NCBI GenBank assembly: GCA_963823435.1 | Contig: CAWGLN010000009.1 | Location: 132,560-196,559, forward strand | Direction: 5' to 3' | Length of the DNA stretch: 64,000 nt | Origin: an uncultured Gammaproteobacteria bacterium | Lineage (GTDB): Bacteria; Pseudomonadota; Gammaproteobacteria; Steroidobacterales; BM003 | Shown here: piece by piece, positions 28,184 through 38,642 of the stretch | How the letters are laid out: each line of letters opens with the position of its first letter | Numbering within the stretch: the stretch's first letter is position 1 | Translations under genes and position numbers: made by a program | The notes under the pieces: model-generated | What the model saw: only the letters and a program-made list of their open reading frames with translations | Databases searched by the model: none | Told to the model about the DNA's origin: nothing

Positions 28184-30307
28184 ATGAAAAGTAAATGGTC
28201 TACTGATCGTGGTGCGTTCCGTATCACCGGACTCGCACTGTTGTGTCTGCTGGTGCTGACAGGGCTTGCCAGCTGTGGAGGCGGAGGAGGAAGTTCCCCG
28301 TTACCTGCAATTGTCGTCAATAGTCTGCTGGACGATGCCTCGCCTCCGGCCGGAACGGTAACCCTTCGGTCTGCTCTCGCCTCGGCTGCATCTGGTCAGA
28401 GAATCACTTTCGATCAAACTCTCAACGGTGGCACGGTCGATCTGCTCTTCGTCGGTGAAGAACACACTGTTCTCGTCGGTGAGGTAATGGGCTTTGACGA
28501 CGTGAACAATATTTCCTATCTCGTTGGTTATTTCGACCGGGATTACGGAAAATCAGCACTCTTCGCCAATAAGAACGTTGTCATCGATGCATCGAATCTT
28601 CCTGATGGCATCACAGTAAGTTGGAACGGTCCAGATGACGCAAGAGTTCTGGCCGTGTCCGGTAATCTTACTCTGACAAACATTGCGATCACCGGCGGCA
28701 ACAGTGTTTTTGACGTGGCAGAAGATGTCGGCCAGCATCCGGATGATAATCAGACTTCTACGCTGGCAAGGGGTGCGGGACTCGCCGTTTGGGGAGTTGC
28801 GACCTTAAACGACTGTGCAATTTACGATAATCATGCGGTTGGTGACGATGCAGATACCTCTCGTGACGGGGGAGCTTACGGCGGTGGAGTCTACGCGGAC
28901 ACCGTTGTGATGGACCATTGTATTGTCAGCGGCAATACAGTTTACGGGGGAGGAGCGGCCGGAGGAGGCGTTTTTTCCGTCGGCGGGCGTGATACCAGGG
29001 CCAATGTTTCTTCGATTAGTCAATCAGCCATCACAGAAAACCGAATTGCCGGACTTTTTGCCTACGGTGGCGGTGTGTACTCGGACGGGGGCGGAATCGG
29101 ACTGGCTACAAGAATTCATATTGAAAACAGCACCCTCGCGAGGAATCTTGTCGAACCACCGGCACTTCCACCTTTCCTTTTTGGCCTGCTGGATATCGGT
29201 TACTGGCGCGGGGGTGGGCTGTATATGTCCAACGGGTACATGCAGGTTCAAAACAGCACAATTGTTGAAAACCAGGTGCATGGAAAACCGCGCATCAATG
29301 AACTGGATAAAGACAATATCGCTGGCGGTATCGCCGCGACCATCGGCAACGCCCATGCTGTGGAAGATATGAACATTGGTCATTCCATTGTGGCCGGAAA
29401 TACCGTTCACGAGATCAATGGCATTGGTCCTGATGGCTATACGATCGGAAACGTTTATCCGCACGATATTTTTACCGGATCTGTCTTCTATTTCCGCAGC
29501 ATGGGATACAACCGAATCGGGGTCATCGATTTCAGCCAGATACTGGCGCCGATTGGTGAGCCAGGCTGGGATTCATTGTCACGTAAACATTATCCGAAAG
29601 TTGATGATCAGGATGGCGTGGTTATGGGTGATGTGCTCGGCAGTGCGACGCTGTCTGCATTCATCAATTCCTCCGGTGTTGAAGCTGATCCCTTTGCGGT
29701 GCTTTATTACGAGCCGATCGGTAATGCTCTGGACCAGATCCCCAGCGGAAACTACAGCGTGACCGAAGTTCTAGGCGAACTGGAGGGGCAACGCTCAGAA
29801 GGCTCGAACCCGCTGTTTCTTCCATTGATACTGGATCAAATCCAGGATGTTTACGGTCAACCGGATTTCGAGAGCGAGTTCAGAACACATTTTGAAGGCT
29901 TCTTGTCAGATATTGATCCGGATACCGCTGGATCTCAGCAATATGTCAATTGCGACAACGTCACCATAGACACCATAGAACAGGCGTACTGGTGTGGTCC
30001 CGCACAGACCTGGCCTCAATTTGCATATAATCATGCTTATATTGAGTTTTGGCATCAACTCGATGCGGCGCTTTCGAACGAAATTGCCGGGGTCAATGTG
30101 GATCAGATTACGCCCTTGGGGCCGGCACTGTTGAACGACGATGTTTGGACCTTACTGTTTGGCCTGGGTCGTAGCTATTTTGCTGGTATCACGGTCAATC
30201 TCTTTGAGGCGACTTTTGGCGTTAATCCGCTGGACATTGATCAACTGGGTAATCCCAGGCCTGCGGACCTCCTCGGCGATATCGGGGCAGTTGAAATTGA
30301 TAATTAG
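28184..30307 (+). CDS. large lipoprotein with right-handed beta-helix-type Gly-rich repeats (choice-of-anchor-Q / polymorphic-membrane-protein-like); putative surface adhesin or glycan-active protein
   Basis: Lipobox LTGLASCGGGGGSS. Repeated motifs include GGAYGGGVYA, GGAAGGGVFS, AYGGGVYSDGGG, RGGGLYMSNG and N-x-T/S-I-x-x-N. The C-terminus DQLGNPRPADLLGDIGAVEI resembles the D-x-RG-x-PR...DIGA-E ending of that family, from memory. GC is visibly lower than in the core. Confidence 0.7.
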   Translation: MKSKWSTDRGAFRITGLALLCLLVLTGLASCGGGGGSSPLPAIVVNSLLDDASPPAGTVTLRSALASAASGQRITFDQTLNGGTVDLLFVGEEHTVLVGEVMGFDDVNNISYLVGYFDRDYGKSALFANKNVVIDASNLPDGITVSWNGPDDARVLAVSGNLTLTNIAITGGNSVFDVAEDVGQHPDDNQTSTLARGAGLAVWGVATLNDCAIYDNHAVGDDADTSRDGGAYGGGVYADTVVMDHCIVSGNTVYGGGAAGGGVFSVGGRDTRANVSSISQSAITENRIAGLFAYGGGVYSDGGGIGLATRIHIENSTLARNLVEPPALPPFLFGLLDIGYWRGGGLYMSNGYMQVQNSTIVENQVHGKPRINELDKDNIAGGIAATIGNAHAVEDMNIGHSIVAGNTVHEINGIGPDGYTIGNVYPHDIFTGSVFYFRSMGYNRIGVIDFSQILAPIGEPGWDSLSRKHYPKVDDQDGVVMGDVLGSATLSAFINSSGVEADPFAVLYYEPIGNALDQIPSGNYSVTEVLGELEGQRSEGSNPLFLPLILDQIQDVYGQPDFESEFRTHFEGFLSDIDPDTAGSQQYVNCDNVTIDTIEQAYWCGPAQTWPQFAYNHAYIEFWHQLDAALSNEIAGVNVDQITPLGPALLNDDVWTLLFGLGRSYFAGITVNLFEATFGVNPLDIDQLGNPRPADLLGDIGAVEIDN

Positions 30308-30476
30308 CAATGCGGATGAATACTGTTCTTCAGCCTCTCCTTGCCGTTGCGACTCGATACCGGGGCGGCGCTAGCGCGAATCTGTTTTTACCTCAACCGT
30401 TCGACCGGCTCTTGTTCAATTGCCGGCTGGGTTCGAGAAAATCAGCGGAGACTCTCGACGAGAGGAAGGCACTGTC

Positions 30477-31253
30477 ATGAAATCCCGCCAATGTGTATTG
30501 ATTACCGGCGCGGCCACCGGCATCGGACGGGCCGCAGCGCGCAGGTTCAGCAAGCACGGATGGTTCGTCGGCCTGGCCGACATTGATCGTGCAGGGCTCG
30601 CAATGCTGGTCACTGAATTGGGTGAAGGTAATGCGCTCGCCATATCCATGGACGTAACCAGCGCCGATGCCTGGCGCGATGCACTGGCGAGTTTTTGCGA
30701 CCGCACCGGACATCTGGATGTGCTCGTCAACAATGCCGGCATCCTTCTTTCCGGTCCTTTCGAAGATGAACCCCTGGGCCGCCACCATGCCCAGATCGAT
30801 ATCAATTTCAAGGGTGTGCTCAATGGTTGTTACCTGGCCAAACCCTATCTGGAAAAGACGCCGGGCGCCCGTATTATCAACTTGTCGTCCGCCTCTGCGG
30901 TCTACGGCCAGGCATACCTTGCGTCGTACTCCGCCACCAAGTTCGCGGTACGGGGTTTAACCGAGGCCTTGAACATAGAATGGCAGGACGATGACATCCG
31001 GGTGATGGACATCATGCCGCTGTTCGTACAGACGTCGATGATCACCGACGTCAACGCCCCCAGCATTGCGCGTCTTGGCGCCCACCTTACGGCCGAGGAT
31101 GTGGCCAGGACCATATGGGCTGCAGCGACCTACCAGGGCAGTTATAGCAGGGTGCACTGGCCGGTCGGCTTCATGGCGACGTGGTTTTTTCGTCTCACGA
31201 GCCTGGGTCCGGAACGCCTGATCCGCTCGCTCGCAAGGTGGATCGCCACCTGA
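30477..31253 (+). CDS. short-chain dehydrogenase/reductase (SDR) family oxidoreductase
   Basis: VLITGAATGIGRA (TGxxxGxG), NNAG, and the S...YxxxK motif (YSATKFAV). Confidence 0.85.
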   Translation: MKSRQCVLITGAATGIGRAAARRFSKHGWFVGLADIDRAGLAMLVTELGEGNALAISMDVTSADAWRDALASFCDRTGHLDVLVNNAGILLSGPFEDEPLGRHHAQIDINFKGVLNGCYLAKPYLEKTPGARIINLSSASAVYGQAYLASYSATKFAVRGLTEALNIEWQDDDIRVMDIMPLFVQTSMITDVNAPSIARLGAHLTAEDVARTIWAAATYQGSYSRVHWPVGFMATWFFRLTSLGPERLIRSLARWIAT

Positions 31254-31635
31254 CTTCTGTGGCCTGCCGGTAATGCTGCAGGGGGGTCCAACGACACCGC
31301 CAGTGCGTCGATAATCCCGGGCCTGGTTAGCCGTATCCCAACCGTCACTTCGGGCCGCCAACTCAAGCGCTCGTGGCGTTCTTGAAACTGCCGGAGCGAT
31401 GTCAGATCTGTCACGTCGGTAGATTAAAAACCTCTCGCGCGGGTAGGTCTATCGTGGCTTATACCAGCCCTCTCTTTTGGAAAAACGAAGGTTTCTTTAG
31501 GTGCAGTTTTGGTAAAATTACGCTTCGCTTCTGGCACTTAATCCATTTCAATTATTCAGATAATTTTCAGCGTAAATTCAAGTCTCTCACCACACGCTGG
31601 TTCTGCCCGGGTGTGGGCTGGCAACGGAGGCCACC

Positions 31636-32991
31636 ATGGGACAAGGAACCAGGACACTTAACCGATCGCTCGTCGTTGCAGGCGCGATTTTGATTCAATT
31701 GGCGCTGGGTGCGATCTATGCCTGGTCTGTTTTCACGGCAAGACTGACCGATGCAGCCGGTGCTTACGCCTTCTCCGCGAGTCAGACCGCGTGGGTATTC
31801 TCTTCGGGCCTCGCCACGTTTGCCATCGTCATGGTATTGGCGGGACGGGTGCTTCCGAGCACGGGACCGCGCTTGCTGGCAATTGCCGGTGGTCTGCTAC
31901 TCGGCGCAGGCTACGTATTGAGCGGCTTCTTCGGCGCGAGTTTCTGGGTACAGTTGACCTGCATTGGCGTGATCAGCGGCGCCGGCATCGGACTGGCCTA
32001 CGTCGTGCCGATCTCGGTCTGTGTCAAGTGGTTTCCCGACAAGAAGGGCTTGATTACCGGACTGGCCGTCGCCGGCTTCGGTTTCGGCGCGACCATCTGG
32101 GTCAAGGTGGCCGACTCGTGGTTCGGCGGCCTGCTCAACACCACCAACGTCTTTGGTCTGCCGGGCGTGCAGAGTGTCTTTGTGATCTATGGTTTCGCGC
32201 TGGCCTTTCTGGTGCTTTTGGGCAGTACCGTCATGGTCAATCCGCCGGAAGGCTATCAACCGGTCGGCTGGACGCCTCCCATCTCGAAAAGCGGCAACCA
32301 AGAGGGAGCGGTGGACTTCAGTGCCCGCGAAATGCTGCGCTCACCGCGGTTCTATATGCTCTGGTTGGTCTTCATGTTCGCCGGCGTGGCGGGACTCATG
32401 GTGATCTATTGCATCAAACTTTTTGGTATTGATGTGCTGGAGCACAACGGCGTCGCCAACGCCGGTGCTATCGCCGGCACCGCGATGGCGTGGTATGCGA
32501 TTTTCAACGGCCTGGGCCGCATTGCCTGGGGTGGCATCAGCGACAGGATCGGTCGCAAGGCCGCAATAACCGTTAACACGGCGCTGCAAGGCCTGATCAT
32601 GCTTCTGGCTTACCACGTGTTTATCGGTTTCGGCCAGCAATATGGCTTTATCCTGGCTGCGGCGCTGATCGGCTTTAACTATGGTGGTTGTTTCGCATTG
32701 TTTCCCGCCGTCACAGCGGACTATTTCGGCAACAAGAACGTTGGCAGTAATTACGGCTGGATGTTTACTGCGTACGGAATTGCAGGCCTCGCCGGACCCC
32801 TGCTGGCCGGTTATTTCAAAGATGCAGCACAAGGATCGGCGCAGCCGGTAATTTGGATGACGCCTTTCATCATCGCAGGCTCGGTCTGTCTGTTAGGTGC
32901 GCTCATCATGGCGGTTTCCGCCCGGCCACAGCTTGTGCCGCTAGGGGTTGCGTCCACGGTTAACCGAGGACTCGCCACCAGGATGGCATAG
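31636..32991 (+). CDS. MFS transporter, oxalate/formate antiporter (OFA)-like family
   Basis: 12-TM-like hydrophobic profile. The N-terminus LVVAGAILIQLALGAIYAWSVF is typical of OFA/L-lactate-type MFS permeases. Confidence 0.8.
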   Translation: MGQGTRTLNRSLVVAGAILIQLALGAIYAWSVFTARLTDAAGAYAFSASQTAWVFSSGLATFAIVMVLAGRVLPSTGPRLLAIAGGLLLGAGYVLSGFFGASFWVQLTCIGVISGAGIGLAYVVPISVCVKWFPDKKGLITGLAVAGFGFGATIWVKVADSWFGGLLNTTNVFGLPGVQSVFVIYGFALAFLVLLGSTVMVNPPEGYQPVGWTPPISKSGNQEGAVDFSAREMLRSPRFYMLWLVFMFAGVAGLMVIYCIKLFGIDVLEHNGVANAGAIAGTAMAWYAIFNGLGRIAWGGISDRIGRKAAITVNTALQGLIMLLAYHVFIGFGQQYGFILAAALIGFNYGGCFALFPAVTADYFGNKNVGSNYGWMFTAYGIAGLAGPLLAGYFKDAAQGSAQPVIWMTPFIIAGSVCLLGALIMAVSARPQLVPLGVASTVNRGLATRMA

Positions 32992-33101
32992 CAAACATCT
33001 GTTGACCCTCGAACGATTAACGAAGGTATCGGCCTGCCTCTTTTCCGCAGTTCTGTCAAAGGGCCACCGTTAGTGCTTCCTGTCTGGCGTCCAGCAGCGA
33101 T

Positions 33102-34106
33102 TTATTTACCTACTTCCAGCATGATTTTTCCAATGTGTTCGCTGGATTCCATCAATAGGTGCGCCTCGGCTGCCCGCTCCAGGGGGAAAACCTCGCTGAT
33201 TACCGGGCGCACACGTCCGGACTCCAACAATGGCCAAACGTTTTCCTTCAGGGCCTGCGCTATCGCCCCCTTCTCGGCTACCGTTCGCGGCCGCAGGGTT
33301 GAACCGGTAATCATCAGGCGCTTGACCATTACGGGGCGCCAATCCATTTCGGCCCGGGATCCACCCAGAAAGGCAATGATGACGATGCGCCCGTCCACCG
33401 CCGCCAGTGACACATTACGCTCAAGGTAGCTTCCTGCGACCATGTCCAGGACAAGGTCAACTCCCCGCCCACCGGAGGCCTCACGCAACACTTCCACGAA
33501 GTCCTGTTCCCTGTAGTTCACCGCAAGCACCGCTCCCAGGTCCTCGCAGGCACGACATTTCTCTCGCGAGCCTGCGGTCGTGTACACCGTGGCGCCCAGG
33601 GCCGAGGCAAGCTGAATTGCTGCGGTGCCAATACCACTGGAGCCACCGTGGACCAGCAGGGTCTCGCCCGGCCGCAAGCCACCGGTTTCAAACACCGTGG
33701 ACCAAACCGTAAAAAACGTCTCGGGCAAGGCCGCCGCCTCAAGCATGCTCAGACCCGCGGGTATCGGCAGGCACTGCGGTTCCGGGGCCACCGCGTATTC
33801 GGCGTAACCGCCACCAGACAGCAGCGCGCAGACTTTATCTCCAGGCGAGAAGCCGGATACACCGTCACCGAGCACCAGCACTTCGCCCGAGACTTCCAGC
33901 CCGAGGATATCCGATGCGCCAGCCGGTGGTGGATACAAGCCCTTGCGCTGAAAGACATCGGGTCGGTTTACACCGGCAGCAGACACCTTCAATAACACCT
34001 CTCCGGCACCCGGCACGGGCAATGGGCGGGTCCCGGGAACCAGGACTTCAGGGCCGCCAGGCGCGCGGATTTCACTCACTAACATGCTCTGGGGAAGCTG
34101 GCTCAT
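33102..34106 (-). CDS. NAD(P)H:quinone oxidoreductase, zinc-independent MDR family (PIG3/Qor-like)
   Basis: VLLKVSAAGVNRPDVFQRKGLYPPP...GETLLVHGGSSGIGTAAIQLA...HIGKIMLEV. Start at MSQLPQ (ATG complement 34104-34106). Confidence 0.85.
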   Translation of the reverse strand: MSQLPQSMLVSEIRAPGGPEVLVPGTRPLPVPGAGEVLLKVSAAGVNRPDVFQRKGLYPPPAGASDILGLEVSGEVLVLGDGVSGFSPGDKVCALLSGGGYAEYAVAPEPQCLPIPAGLSMLEAAALPETFFTVWSTVFETGGLRPGETLLVHGGSSGIGTAAIQLASALGATVYTTAGSREKCRACEDLGAVLAVNYREQDFVEVLREASGGRGVDLVLDMVAGSYLERNVSLAAVDGRIVIIAFLGGSRAEMDWRPVMVKRLMITGSTLRPRTVAEKGAIAQALKENVWPLLESGRVRPVISEVFPLERAAEAHLLMESSEHIGKIMLEVGK

Positions 34107-34289
34107 GTCCTCTCCTCCTGGGTGCGCCCGGGTCAGCGCAGCTCTCCCCGGCAGCTTGATGACCTGTGTTGGCGCGGCCTGCGACTCACCTGTCGTAAAT
34201 TCACAACATAATACCTGGCTCACCAGCCCCGCAGCCCATCAAATTTTCTGTCGCTGCTTGCAAAGGATATCCCGCGGCGTGGGCTATTA

Positions 34290-35744
34290 TTGTACCCGTA
34301 TCCATGCGGAGGAAGCCGCAACTTGAGACTTCTTACGCTGATCATTGCGTCGCTCTCGGTGTTTCTGAGTACCTGCTCGGAAACGCCCTCTGTGCTTGAG
34401 CAGGTCAAGACACGTGGCGTGCTTCGGGTAGTCACCCGTTTCAGCCCGGTCACCTACTACGAGGGCGCCAATGGCCCCGCGGGCGCAGAATACGAGATGG
34501 TCCGCGGCCTGGCCAGGGAACTGGGTGTGCGGCTCGAGATTTACGCCACCGAAAGTTTCTCCGGGATACTGCCCGAGGTCATGCATGGCAAGGCTGATCT
34601 TGCCGCCGCAGCACTGACGGTTACCGAGGACAGACAATCGAAGGTCCTGTTTGGTACGCCCTACAAGACCACCAGTGAGCATGTAATCTACAAGGTAGGC
34701 ACGCCACGCCCACGCAAGCTGGACGATATCGTTGGTGGAGCAATAGAAGTACTTGCGGGCAGCAGCCATGTTGAATCACTGCACAAACTCAGACAGCAAA
34801 ACCCGGACCTGACCTGGCTTGAGAATTCGGACACCGAGGTGGAAGACCTGTTGTTTCGTGTATCCAGCGGCGAACTGAGTTACACGGTGGCCGATACGCT
34901 GGAGTTCAATGTTACGCGAAACTACCATCCCGACATTCGCATCGGCATGGACCTGGACAATAACCACGACATGGCCTGGGCGTTTCGCAAGTCAGATGAT
35001 CACAGCTTGCTGGATGCAGCCAACGCCTACCTGTTCAAGATCCACGAAAATGGCAGTCTGGCCCGGGTGGAGGAGCGCTACTTCGGCCACACCCGGCGCT
35101 TCGATTATGTCGGCACCCGTTCGTTCCTGCGGGACATAGATCAGAAACTCCCGAGCTACCGCTACCTGTTCGAACAGGTGGCGAGTGAGCATGACCTGGA
35201 CTGGCGCTTGCTGGCGGCGGTCAGTTACCAGGAGTCGCACTGGAATCCCGGCGCCAGGTCTCCCACCGGCGTGCGCGGACTGATGATGCTCACACTGGCC
35301 ACCGCCAAGCAAATGGAAGTGAAAGACCGCAGGGACCCACAGCAGAGTATTCGTGGCGGCGCCCGCTACCTGGAAAGGGTGAAAAGCAAAATCCCGATCC
35401 GTATACCCGAGCCGGACAGAACCTGGCTGGCGCTGGCCGCCTATAACGTGGGTTGGGCTCACCTGGAAGATGCACGCATCATAACCGAAATGCGCGGAGA
35501 GAACCCCGATAGCTGGCGCGCGGTCAAGGAAAGCCTCCCCCTGCTCACCCAGAAGCAATGGTACAAACAGGTTAAACGTGGCTATGCCAGGGGTTGGGAG
35601 CCGGTGCGCTACGTGGAGAATGTCCGGAGCTACCTGGATATCCTCAAGTGGAAGACGGCAACCAGCAATCCGCGCCGCCTGGCGCCGCTGGAGCCCGGCG
35701 AAGCGGACTTTGGCGGGACCGAGATGGTCATCGCGTCGCCCTAG
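34290..35744 (+). CDS. mltF: membrane-bound lytic murein transglycosylase F
   Basis: An N-terminal periplasmic-binding-like domain (GVLRVVTRFSPVTYYE...), then the SLT catalytic domain (AVSYQESHWNP..SPTGVRGLMMLT..YNVG). The true start may be downstream of 34290, since the lipoprotein-like signal ..LSVFLSTC follows. Confidence 0.85.
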   Translation: MYPYPCGGSRNLRLLTLIIASLSVFLSTCSETPSVLEQVKTRGVLRVVTRFSPVTYYEGANGPAGAEYEMVRGLARELGVRLEIYATESFSGILPEVMHGKADLAAAALTVTEDRQSKVLFGTPYKTTSEHVIYKVGTPRPRKLDDIVGGAIEVLAGSSHVESLHKLRQQNPDLTWLENSDTEVEDLLFRVSSGELSYTVADTLEFNVTRNYHPDIRIGMDLDNNHDMAWAFRKSDDHSLLDAANAYLFKIHENGSLARVEERYFGHTRRFDYVGTRSFLRDIDQKLPSYRYLFEQVASEHDLDWRLLAAVSYQESHWNPGARSPTGVRGLMMLTLATAKQMEVKDRRDPQQSIRGGARYLERVKSKIPIRIPEPDRTWLALAAYNVGWAHLEDARIITEMRGENPDSWRAVKESLPLLTQKQWYKQVKRGYARGWEPVRYVENVRSYLDILKWKTATSNPRRLAPLEPGEADFGGTEMVIASP

Positions 35745-35906
35745 GCCGTCCGCCACCAGTTCGAGACTCGTTCCAAGAAGTAAATATAAAGGTCCTGGGG
35801 GGCCTTCAATCCTTGGACTTAAATCTTCTAAAGGGGTAGTCTTTGGCGGCAACAGCCACAAAACAATGTGGCACAAGAACGGGGATAAAAACTAAGGAGC
35901 CGAGAA

Positions 35907-38061
35907 ATGCGGAAATTCATGACGGCAGCACTGGTGGGAGCCGCGCTGCTGATTGGGGGTTGTAATTCACCTACGGGCGAAACTGGCGTGGTGGTCGAAC
36001 AGGACCCGCGTGCAGATTTCGTGGTTCAGTATATCCCGACGGCCCAGAACCGGCGGGCATTGCCTTATCCGAACGACATCTGGTTAAGCGGCTCGACCGA
36101 CGGCACCCTGAATATACCCGGCACCTTGTCGAGCACGGGAGCGGCCGGAGTAACCTGCCCTCGGTTAACCTGGTCGACGGGTACTCAACAACTTCCGTAA
36201 TCACTGTCCCGTTCAATTACCCGGTGGACCTCACGTCGGTGAAGCCCTACATGCCGACCGACCGGCTGGCGCACCGGCATTCCCGGGCACGAATCTTTGG
36301 GTATTGGATGTAACTGATGTCCTATCGGGTGCGGCACCGCTGCCAACCCCGCTGATTCCGCTGGTACCTGGAGTGACGGACGCCATCGCCGACTACACCT
36401 ATCGGGTTTCAACCGCCACGGACGCCCAGGGCGCAGTCATGGAAATTGTTCCGGTAAAGCCTTTCGGACCTGAAACGACCTATCGCGTTCATTATGACGG
36501 CGGGTGTAATGGACGTACTGGGCAATGACCTGGCCGCGGATAACCAGTTCCGCGATATCCGGGATGCCTGCTTCAGTGGGGAGACCCTTTCCAACGCAAT
36601 CCTGGAGAGAATCAAGAACCTCGCTGTCTGCCCAATCCTGCAGGCGGGAGCCGCAGCCTTCAACGTGCCGGCTTCAGACTTCATGGTGTCATGGACCATG
36701 ACAACCCAGTCTATTGGGGAGGCGCTTGCGAACGTTGCCGCTGCAGCGGAAGCAGAGCCTGCTGTTCTGATCAATTCAACTCTGACCACAGCCAGCCTCG
36801 GTGTCCCACTGGGCCTACCGTTCCCCGGCGGCGCGGACCTGTATACAGGCACGATTCAAATTCCTTATTTCATGAGCAAGGCCGATCCGTTATTCAGCAC
36901 TTGGCAGTCTGCCAGCGGACTTCCAATATCACTGGATCCGAATCCCGTTGCCACCGAGCAACTCACCATACCCCTGTTTGCGGTCATTCCAAATAGCACC
37001 GGATGTCCTGCAGGCAAGCCTGTGACGGGGTGGCCAGTGACAATATACCAACACGGGGTCTCGAGAAACCGTGTTGATGCGTTCCTCCTGGGCGAAGCGT
37101 TTGCCGCGGCCTGTACCGCAATCGTGGCAATCGACCTGCCCTTGCATGGTGTTTTGGATGCCTCCAACCCATTCTTCCAGGGGCCGGACAATCCGGTTCC
37201 CTTCAATGCCTTTGGCGATAACGAACGGCATTTCTACCTGGACGATTTCACTATTGATATCGGCGGTGCCGGACTGATTCCCGGTCTACCTGACGGCGAG
37301 GTTGACGATGGCACCGAAGTATTCGCCGGCGCAGTCCTGGCACCAGCCAGTGGTCGCGATAATTTCCGCCAGGCGGGCGTCCGATTTGATCCATCTAGCG
37401 CGGACCGTTCCGACGTTGGACCTGGACAATGATGCCGCCACAACGGACTTTGACGGGTCTAGGATTTCGTTCCTCTCTTCTTCTCTGGGTTCCTACCTTG
37501 GGACCATCTTCTTGGGGGTCGATGATACCGCAATTTCTTCTGCCACGCTGGAAAACGTAGGGGGGAAATTGGACGATATCAATGCTGGGGTCGGCAGGAC
37601 TTCGGAGGCGCAGTAAGAGATGTCCTGGCAGGCTCTTCTCGGCCTCCAGCAAAATATCTCTGGGTTTTGACGAGTACTTGCGGGACTTGCAGACCGTCAT
37701 TGAAGATGGGGATCCAATCAACTACGCGGCGGCGGCAGCGGATCTTCGTCCGGTCCTTGTGCATATGTTTCTGAACGACCCAACGGTCCCGAACGAGGCG
37801 ACCGACGCTGTGGTGGAATTGCTAGGCAGCTCTGAATTGGGCTTTCCTGGAACCCCAGAGCCTGGGCCGGGCCTGAACGTCAGGGTGACATATGTTCTAG
37901 GCGGACACTCGTCCATCATCAATCCGGCAGCAGATGCGGGTGACCCGGTTGGCAGTTTCCGTGCCTTCATGGAATTGCAGGCCGAAGCAGCAAATTTCTC
38001 TGCCTCGGGTGGATCGTACCTGCCGATAGCAGATCCGGGAGTCGTTCTACCACTTCCATAA
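35907..38061 (+). CDS. extracellular lipase lipoprotein of the VolA/Pla-1 type (bacterial virulence-factor lipase N-terminal domain family); at least 4 frame breaks
   Basis: Lipobox AALLIGGC. Fragments 35907..36200, 36304..36528, 36494..37432, 37302..37616 and 37582..38061 tile one protein. It includes ..YPNDIWLSGSTDGTLNIP.., ..VTIYQHGVSRNR.. and ..AIDLPLHG... Family assignment is from memory. Confidence 0.6.
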
Positions 38062-38085
38062 TTTTGATTCGACTCGCGTAAACAG

Positions 38086-38116
38086 AAAAAGGGCGACTTT
38101 GGTCGCCCTTTTTTTA
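38086..38116. terminator. bidirectional intrinsic terminator between the convergent lipase and tadA genes
   Basis: AAAAA-GGGCGAC-TTTG-GTCGCCC-TTTTTTT. Confidence 0.75.
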
Positions 38117-38147
38117 TTGGTTGAAAGTTCACTAATTACTAATAAAT

Positions 38148-38642
38148 TTACTTCGCGCCACCGTTGCGCCGGGCCGCGAAGAATTCCTTGAGCAGGGCAC
38201 CGGCCTCCTCCGCGCATACTCCGCCGGTGACCTCCAGGCGGTGATTCAGCGCATCGTGATCCACGATATTGAATACGCTGCCCGCGGCGCCCGCGCGCGG
38301 GTCTACGGCCCCGTATACCAGGCGCTTGACCCGTGCATGCACCATCGCGCTTGCACACATGGCACAGGGCTCCAGGGTCACGTACAAGGTGGTCTCCAGC
38401 AACCGGTAATTTGCCATCACCTCGCCCGCCTGGCGCAGGGCGATGATCTCGGCATGGGCGGTGGGATCGTTCAGCCCGATGGGGCGATTGGAACCCTCGG
38501 CCACGATTTCCCCGTCCTTCACCAGGACCGCACCCACGGGAACTTCACCGACCTCGACCGCTTCCCGCGCCAATTCCAGGGCACGTTGCATAAACGCGCC
38601 GGTCCAGCATCTTCTTGAGTTATTTCCTGATTCACGGCGCAA
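38148..38642 (-). CDS. tadA: tRNA adenosine(34) deaminase
   Basis: EVPVGAVLV...PTAHAEIIALR...TLEPCAMCASAM...VYGAVDPRAGAAGS (H-A-E and PC-x2-C zinc motifs). An internal alternative start is at 38591. Confidence 0.9.
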   Translation of the reverse strand: MRRESGNNSRRCWTGAFMQRALELAREAVEVGEVPVGAVLVKDGEIVAEGSNRPIGLNDPTAHAEIIALRQAGEVMANYRLLETTLYVTLEPCAMCASAMVHARVKRLVYGAVDPRAGAAGSVFNIVDHDALNHRLEVTGGVCAEEAGALLKEFFAARRNGGAK

